In this document: positions 1-5,651 of the stretch, piece by piece
Layout of the letters: every line of letters begins with the position of its first letter
How positions within the stretch are numbered: the first letter of the stretch is position 1
IMG/VR virus record: IMGVR_UViG_3300028549_000279
Origin: a virus
Length of the DNA: 49,232 nt
Strand: one strand, 5' to 3'
Program-made: the position numbers and the translations under genes
The notes under the pieces: generated by a model
What the model saw: the letters and a program-made list of their open reading frames with translations, nothing else
Told to the model about the DNA's origin: nothing
Databases searched by the model: none

Positions 1-255
1 CAATCATTAGATATTGTACACTTAACAATTGCCTACCACAAGGAGCACCGACCTCTCCTTTCTTAGCAAACCTGGCTATGCAAGGTTGTGATACAGAGAT
101 TACAGCGTACTGCAAAAGACTAGGACTTACCTACACACGCTACGCTGATGATATTTTAATCAGTAGCCCTGTTAAATTTAAAGCAAATGAAGTAGCAGAA
201 GCTATATCTACTATCCTACTACGGAAAAACTTATCTGTTAATCGTGATAAAACAC
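1..255. repeat. Terminal direct repeat; nt 1-255 are identical to nt 48978-49232 (circular closure or terminal redundancy; unique length about 48977 bp)
   Basis: Base-by-base comparison of the first lines (caatcattagatattgtacactt...cgtgataaaacac) with the last lines of the window shows an exact match at offset 48977. Confidence 0.95.
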
Positions 256-515
256 GCTTCGGCTCATGTAACGGACGTAATTGGAATCTTGGGTTAATGT
301 ATAACAAAGATGAAGACATAACCGTAGGTTATAGAGCTAAAAAGTTAATGAAAAATAAGTTGCATAATATAGAATCCAGAGGGTATACTAATAAGGAACT
401 TCATCAATTCAGAGGATTACTTAGCTACTACAATGGTATTGAGCCTGCTTATTTTGCACCTTATTTAGAACGTGCTAAAGCATTACCATTACATCCAGAA
501 CCAGAAACAGAATAA
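1..515 (+). CDS. Retron-type reverse transcriptase, C-terminal part (continues 48413..49232 across the junction; codon phase starts at nt 3)
   Basis: The frame is open from nt 3. It contains LPQGAPTSPFLANL (RT motif 4), YTRYADDILIS (YxDD motif 5) and LSVNRDKT (motif 6). It is in phase with the ORF that starts at 48413. Confidence 0.9.
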   Translation, partial: IIRYCTLNNCLPQGAPTSPFLANLAMQGCDTEITAYCKRLGLTYTRYADDILISSPVKFKANEVAEAISTILLRKNLSVNRDKTRFGSCNGRNWNLGLMYNKDEDITVGYRAKKLMKNKLHNIESRGYTNKELHQFRGLLSYYNGIEPAYFAPYLERAKALPLHPEPETE

Positions 516-668
516 TGATACAGTCGCAGATTTATCCAAAACCGCAGCAACATGCTGTCATATAGGATGGCATCTAATTAGGTTAGATGTATTACGTTGT
601 TCAAAAGTTACTATGTACCTCCTCCACATGGAGGCGTACATGATACATGGACTGTATAGGAGAAACAA

Positions 669-824
669 ATGAACCAATCAGAACGAAATCTTTTAGCAAC
701 ACTCAGCTTAACCTTTAGTAAATCTTGGATACAAAGAGCATCTAAACACACTCTAAAACAAGTAAAGGCTCAGTTGGTAGAAATTATTAATCTAATCAAC
801 CAAATATTGGAGGAAACCAAATGA
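669..824 (+). CDS. Hypothetical small protein (51 aa; MNQSERNLLATLSL...)
   Basis: ATG at 669 is preceded by AGGAG. The stop TGA overlaps the ATG of the next gene (ATGA at 821-824). It is below the ORF-track length cutoff. Confidence 0.5.
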   Translation: MNQSERNLLATLSLTFSKSWIQRASKHTLKQVKAQLVEIINLINQILEETK

Positions 825-1246
825 AGAAACAAGACCTAAGAGAACTGTTGGTTAATGGAAGTACTGTAGTTACTGCAGACCATGACATCTATATGGTAGT
901 GTACAGCGACCTTTTTGAAACTAATCTATTAATTTCCACAGAATCTGGAAACTACCTTGAAGTAGGTGTTGTAACAGAAGATATGTACGTACATGAAAGT
1001 AAAGTTCCAGATTCTAAGATAGTATTAGTCTTCCCTAAAGAAGCAGCAATAATCGAAAAAGATATAGTACGCATCAAAAAAGATGCAGTACCAACCTACG
1101 ATATACGCAATGAAATATCTGAAATAAGTGCGTGTACAGTGTGTGCTAAACAAAACTGTGATAGACGTAAAGAGCTAGAAACAACTGATAAAGATAGAAA
1201 TGCTGAGATGCTTTTAAAATTACTCAGCGCATTAGTAAGAGAATAA
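821..1246 (+). CDS. Hypothetical protein (141 aa) between the RT and the structured element
   Basis: GGAGGA lies 7 nt upstream of the ATG, which is translationally coupled to the 669 ORF. No motif recognised apart from a CxxCxxxxC cluster near the C-terminus. Confidence 0.6.
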   Translation: MKKQDLRELLVNGSTVVTADHDIYMVVYSDLFETNLLISTESGNYLEVGVVTEDMYVHESKVPDSKIVLVFPKEAAIIEKDIVRIKKDAVPTYDIRNEISEISACTVCAKQNCDRRKELETTDKDRNAEMLLKLLSALVRE

Positions 1247-1260
1247 GTTTCGCCATATGT

Positions 1261-1495
1261 TACGCAATAGCATATCGTCATTCAGTTTAGATTTATCTAA
1301 GCCATGACCAAGCTAACTAAGTTAGCTTGTACAACAACGTGAGTACAGATGTTTATTGCCTCCTGCAGTTAACAGGTAACCTGGAGCTGCTGGAGATGAT
1401 ATTCATACTGGAAAACCGTCCTCTATCATCTCCAGCAGCTCCAGGTTACCTGTTAACTGCAGGAGGCAAACACACACGGATAATTGTATTGCGTA
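1261..1495 (+). ncRNA. Candidate retron-like msr/msd noncoding RNA (hypothesis)
   Basis: TACGCAATA (1261-1269) and TATTGCGTA (1487-1495) form a 9-nt inverted repeat, and G1270 sits in an A-G-C context right after the 5' repeat. Two short hairpins (1285-1302, 1309-1329) are followed by a perfect 45-bp stem (1356-1469). It lies on the same strand as the RT and about 750 nt downstream of it. Confidence 0.35.
1356..1469. repeat. Perfect 45-bp inverted repeat with a 24-nt spacer (long hairpin/cruciform)
   Basis: Arm 1356-1400 (ttgcctcctgcagttaacaggtaacctggagctgctggagatgat) is the exact reverse complement of 1425-1469. The loop is 1401-1424. No T-run follows on either strand. Confidence 0.97.
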
Positions 1496-1524
1496 TTGAC
1501 ACAACTTTAAAAACAGAATACTAT
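1496..1524 (+). promoter_or_regulatory. Sigma70-like promoter for the replication-gene block
   Basis: TTGACA (1496-1501), a 17-nt spacer, then TACTAT (1519-1524). It sits about 20 nt upstream of the GGAGG/ATG of the 1544 gene. Confidence 0.45.
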
Positions 1525-1543
1525 GATAGTTGGAGGTAATTGC

Positions 1544-1957
1544 ATGACAGAATATGAGCGCATACGCCTATACGAAATAGTGTTTTGTAACTTCATCATA
1601 GAGTTAATGAAAACAAACTCTAATCCAATTAAACTATATGATTATATAGAAGCAACCTGTGGATTAATCGACGGTAACAAAACAATAGCAAACAGCGTAT
1701 TACAAACCATCTTTAGCAACGATAGGCAGTACATGCCTACAAAGGAAGAATACCTCTATCTTTTAGTACGTACTAATCTACCTGTGAAGAAAGCATGTGC
1801 ACGTGGACACATCTCTATGTCAACTTATTACTACTATAAGAATCTAACAATGTGTATACGTCCACGATTTAAACCAGCACAAACTGATTTGATTATAAAT
1901 TTAATCAATCATATGCTATCTGTAACAGACCTAATCGAAAGGGGAATACTTGAATGA
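1544..1957 (+). CDS. Hypothetical protein, possible HTH DNA-binding protein (137 aa)
   Basis: GGAGGT lies 7 nt upstream of ATG 1544; the track start at 1523 falls inside the -10 box. PVKKACARGHISMSTYYYY resembles an HTH segment, but this is weak. Confidence 0.55.
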   Translation: MTEYERIRLYEIVFCNFIIELMKTNSNPIKLYDYIEATCGLIDGNKTIANSVLQTIFSNDRQYMPTKEEYLYLLVRTNLPVKKACARGHISMSTYYYYKNLTMCIRPRFKPAQTDLIINLINHMLSVTDLIERGILE

Positions 1958-2367
1958 ACATTCCGTTTACATCGCACACCTTACGGTATTGTCAAGACCA
2001 ATGGAACTTACTGCCAGCTGAACAACGTATTACATTATCACAATACGAATTAGCATTAATGACAGACATTGATGAACCAGATATCTGGCTACAATTTCTT
2101 AGAGAGCCTCGTGTGTCTGAAAAGATACGAGAAGAACTACAAGTATATAAAGAATCACAACAGCGTAAATTGATTGCACGTGCAACTACACACGATAAAT
2201 CAATAGGAACTGCACAGATGATTAATGCTTTAGGTAAATCAATGGAAGATAACGCAGGAAAAAGTGGTGATGTTATTATTTATTCCTACGTGCCTATGAA
2301 CTTACGTGAAGCAAATGCACCAAACGCAACTGCAGAAACCACAGACATCTTTGAGACAGGAGAATAA
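1954..2367 (+). CDS. Hypothetical protein (137 aa)
   Basis: The start overlaps the previous stop (ATGA) and an AAGGGG RBS is present. No motif recognised. Confidence 0.6.
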   Translation: MNIPFTSHTLRYCQDQWNLLPAEQRITLSQYELALMTDIDEPDIWLQFLREPRVSEKIREELQVYKESQQRKLIARATTHDKSIGTAQMINALGKSMEDNAGKSGDVIIYSYVPMNLREANAPNATAETTDIFETGE

Positions 2368-2370
2368 CAA

Positions 2371-2589
2371 ATGCCTAGTTTGTATCTTGATAGAGAGTGG
2401 GCGTTTGAAAAGGTCTGTCCAGTATGCGGCAAGCGTTTTTATATTACGCCCGATTGGGTTTATAAAACAACTGTACGAATTAAACCAAGACAGTATGCAC
2501 TGAAATATCAGTGCTCTTATTCTTGCTACAAGGTTATGAAACCAGAGGATAAAGGAGGTGCACACGATGTCACAGGAAGTGAAGCGTGA
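2371..2589 (+). CDS. Small zinc-ribbon-like protein (72 aa)
   Basis: An AGGAGA RBS is present, and the protein carries CPVCGK...CSYSC cysteine pairs. Confidence 0.55.
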   Translation: MPSLYLDREWAFEKVCPVCGKRFYITPDWVYKTTVRIKPRQYALKYQCSYSCYKVMKPEDKGGAHDVTGSEA

Positions 2590-2758
2590 ATATGTAGATT
2601 ACTTAGAACGACTGCAAATGTGTGGTATTAATAAAGATAAATCTTTATTAGAACTGCACCAAACAGCACTAGCAAAAGAAATCGCACTATCATATGGAGT
2701 GTCAGAAGATGAATACAATAGCCTCAGTACAGCCCTTGCTGAACTACAACCAGCTTAG
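2567..2758 (+). CDS. Hypothetical small protein (63 aa)
   Basis: AAGGAGG lies 8 nt upstream of ATG 2567; the track's GTG at 2558 lies inside the RBS. Confidence 0.45.
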   Translation: MSQEVKREYVDYLERLQMCGINKDKSLLELHQTALAKEIALSYGVSEDEYNSLSTALAELQPA

Positions 2759-4109
2759 AGATTACCAACAACATAATGTAGATTTTATAATGCAACGTAA
2801 AACGGTCGGAGTATTTAGCCAGCAAAGAACTGGTAAGACTCCGACTGTTTGCGTTGCTCTAAATGAACTAGACTGTACCAGAGTAGTTATTGTATGCCCT
2901 GCATCATTACGATTAGCATGGCGCGATGAATGGCACAGATGGACTGGTGGTACAGCAAGTCTTGAAACTAATCCAGAAGTAATTGCAAAACAAATATACA
3001 CTCCAGAAATTACAGCTATAATCTGTAGTTACGAGAGAGTACGAGGACGTGGTAAAAATGACGATACCTTTATCAAAGCCTTGATAAAAGCTAAACCAGA
3101 TGCCGTTGTTTTAGATGAAGCACATCGTATGAAAAATAGAAAAAGCCTAACTTATCTAGCATTAAAAAAGCTAAATAAGATTCCTATTAGGATAGCTATG
3201 ACTGGTACACCAGCACCTAATAAACCTTGGGATGTGTGGACTATTCTTAATTGGTTAGCCCCTACAGTATATAGTTCTTACTGGAGATTTATTGATACTT
3301 ACTTTACAACAGAAGAAAAGTATGTAGGACGTGATGTGCACAGCTCACCAGTAAACTACATCCCTGGTATGGAAGAAGTATTACAACTCAACCTTAGCAT
3401 ATACTGTGTACAAGATAAGCGTAAAGATGTTATGCAATGGTTAGGAGAAGAACCAGAGCCTACGATAATCCGCTTAGAGTGTCACCCCAAACAAAGAGAA
3501 GCTATTAATTCGATGATGGATTATTACAGCTATAAGAATATTGTTACAAAGTCAGACTTAGACAATATGACTAGAGTTAGGCAGTTATGCAGTGACCCTA
3601 AAATTCTAGGAATAAATATTACAAGTCCTAAAATAATATGGGTGAAAGAATATTTAAAAGATTATCCAAGCCAATCTATATTAATTTTTAGTCACTCTAA
3701 AAAGTTTCTATTTAATCTTATGGATGAACTGTACGGTATAAGACGTGGAATAATATGCGGAGATGTACCCCAAGAACAAAGAGAAACTATCAAAGCACGC
3801 TTCCAAGATGGTACAATAAAAGTTCTTTTACTACAAATACAAGCCGCAAAAGAGGGATTGACTTTAGACCAAGCTGATGTTAGCATCTTCTTAGACGCCT
3901 ATCCACCAGCTGCAGATTACGCGCAAGCTAAAGACAGAATGGTAGCCACAGTTCCAGAGAGGGCTAAACCAAAAATGATAATCCATACCATGATGGCAGA
4001 CACTTACGATGAACAATTATTCAATCTCGTAGACCATAACATCGCAGTGACCGCTGTTGTGAATGATTATAAATCATATCTTAATAAAAGGAGGCAACAA
4101 AATGGCTAA
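2709..4109 (+). CDS. SNF2/Rad54-family (SF2) helicase
   Basis: Motifs seen: SQQRTGKTPT (motif I), VLDEAHRMKN (DEAH, motif II), MTGTPAPNK (motif III), LLLQIQAAKEGLTLDQA (V) and QAKDR (VI). The start is ambiguous; ATG 2709 has GGAG 8 nt upstream, and 2694 is also possible. Confidence 0.85.
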   Translation: MNTIASVQPLLNYNQLRDYQQHNVDFIMQRKTVGVFSQQRTGKTPTVCVALNELDCTRVVIVCPASLRLAWRDEWHRWTGGTASLETNPEVIAKQIYTPEITAIICSYERVRGRGKNDDTFIKALIKAKPDAVVLDEAHRMKNRKSLTYLALKKLNKIPIRIAMTGTPAPNKPWDVWTILNWLAPTVYSSYWRFIDTYFTTEEKYVGRDVHSSPVNYIPGMEEVLQLNLSIYCVQDKRKDVMQWLGEEPEPTIIRLECHPKQREAINSMMDYYSYKNIVTKSDLDNMTRVRQLCSDPKILGINITSPKIIWVKEYLKDYPSQSILIFSHSKKFLFNLMDELYGIRRGIICGDVPQEQRETIKARFQDGTIKVLLLQIQAAKEGLTLDQADVSIFLDAYPPAADYAQAKDRMVATVPERAKPKMIIHTMMADTYDEQLFNLVDHNIAVTAVVNDYKSYLNKRRQQNG

Positions 4110-5070
4110 TCAAAACATGGCTAGTGTACTGGATTTTAGAAATTCCACACGCCAGCAATCCAAAGCCAGCATCTTAATCGAGGGGCTATCTGGACGAGGT
4201 AAGTCTGGACTTGCGCTGTTATTAGCGCGTGCATTTGCATCGGGCTGGGATAAAGTCTACGCGATTGACACAGAGAATAAGTCGTTAGATTTATTTGATG
4301 GGTTGAAAATGAGTTCTGGTTCAGACTGTAAGAGTTTTAAAAAGGTAGACTTACTACCTGCGCATGGGTACGCCCCATCAAACTATCTGTTATGCAAAGA
4401 CAATGCAATCAAAGCAGGTGGTGAAGTAATTATTAATGACAGCATCACTCACATGTGGCAGCAACAAGGTGGCGTGCTAGACCTGGTAGCAAAAGCACAG
4501 GCTAACAACAGCCGTCTTAACAACTATACAGCATGGGGCGCAGATGAAGTTAAAGCGGAGAAACAGGCAATCTACGCTACGCTCAGAGATGCACGCATCC
4601 ATGTAATCAGCACCGTCCGAGTGAAAGAGAAGTTTGAGATGGTTCCAGGAGCTACTGGTAAACTAGAATTAAACTCTCTTGGTGAACAGGAAATGCAAAT
4701 GCCTGACCTTAAATATGAACCCGATTTAGTTCTGCAAGCCATTAGACCAGGCGCAATGAACGGAACCCCACCACGTGCACGTGTGGTTAAATCCAGATAT
4801 GCTGTGTTACAAGAGGGTGAGACTTATGAATTCAATGAAGTCATTATCCAGACTCTTGTAGATTATCTGAAAGAGGGCGTAGACCCACAGGAATTGTTGG
4901 AAAAACAGCGTGTCAATTACATCGAAACTATTCAGAGTATTCTGGATAAAGATGTAAGCAAAAGAACCATGTTCCCTATGTTGAAAGAACAGCAGGGACA
5001 CAAAGAAACCAAGTTAACCGATATGCCATTAGATGTATTACAAACACTACTTGGCATACTACTAGCGTAG
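4102..5070 (+). CDS. AAA_24/Sak4-like RecA-fold ATPase
   Basis: AAGGAGG RBS before ATG 4102. Walker A is GLSGRGKSG and Walker B-like is VIINDSITHMW. It sits directly before a DUF669-like gene, as in many Firmicutes phage replication modules. Confidence 0.75.
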   Translation: MANQNMASVLDFRNSTRQQSKASILIEGLSGRGKSGLALLLARAFASGWDKVYAIDTENKSLDLFDGLKMSSGSDCKSFKKVDLLPAHGYAPSNYLLCKDNAIKAGGEVIINDSITHMWQQQGGVLDLVAKAQANNSRLNNYTAWGADEVKAEKQAIYATLRDARIHVISTVRVKEKFEMVPGATGKLELNSLGEQEMQMPDLKYEPDLVLQAIRPGAMNGTPPRARVVKSRYAVLQEGETYEFNEVIIQTLVDYLKEGVDPQELLEKQRVNYIETIQSILDKDVSKRTMFPMLKEQQGHKETKLTDMPLDVLQTLLGILLA

Positions 5071-5081
5071 GAGGAATTACT

Positions 5082-5645
5082 ATGTCAATCAATTTCGACC
5101 AGTTACCGACCGAAAATCCATTTGCAGCAACAGCACCTGGTATCTACAAAGCTAAAATCATTGAAGCATCTATGACAAAAAACAAAACAGATGCTTCTAA
5201 ACCACCTTACCTCAACATGAAATATGCTTTAACAAAAGCAGATGGCACAAGTGGTGGTACGCTATATGATACATTGTCAGAATCAGATAGCTCAGTAGTA
5301 CAGTATAAGATTGGACGCTTTCTATTAGCGTGTAACATCCCTCTTGTGGGAGTAATGGAACTATCAGACATTGCTAAACTTGTACTGAACAAAGAAATTG
5401 TAGTTGATATAACACAAAACTACAAAGACCAAAAAGAGGGTAAGCCAGCCAGAGGACAGGTAGACTTATTCTCACACGAAGCATACTACCCTGTTGACCA
5501 ATTCGCAGAAGTGTACGCTCTTGTGAATGCAGGTTCTGGTGAAGAAGTACAAGTACCTAAAGCTACTGGGAAAGAAGACTTTATGAATATCCCAGATGCA
5601 ACGGAGGGTGCTGACGGAGCACCTGCAGGAACAGTGGAGTACTAA
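5082..5645 (+). CDS. DUF669-like protein (putative ssDNA-binding)
   Basis: The N-terminal pattern FDQLP...APGIYKAKIIEA...YLNMKYAL...GGTLYD is typical of the DUF669 family, and the gene is syntenic with the AAA_24 ATPase. Confidence 0.55.
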   Translation: MSINFDQLPTENPFAATAPGIYKAKIIEASMTKNKTDASKPPYLNMKYALTKADGTSGGTLYDTLSESDSSVVQYKIGRFLLACNIPLVGVMELSDIAKLVLNKEIVVDITQNYKDQKEGKPARGQVDLFSHEAYYPVDQFAEVYALVNAGSGEEVQVPKATGKEDFMNIPDATEGADGAPAGTVEY

Positions 5646-5651
5646 TCCTTA

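Noticed and set aside
472-672. 66-aa ORF overlapping the RT 3' end
   Set aside because: It lies out of frame within the RT C-terminus, lacks an RBS, and continues through the structured spacer. It is likely spurious.
1327-1539. 70-aa ORF reading through the long inverted repeat
   Set aside because: It has no RBS. Its sequence is dictated by the 45-bp palindrome arms (LLQLTGNLELLE.../...SSPAAPGYLLTAGG is a mirror artefact). It also runs through the TTGACA/TACTAT promoter.
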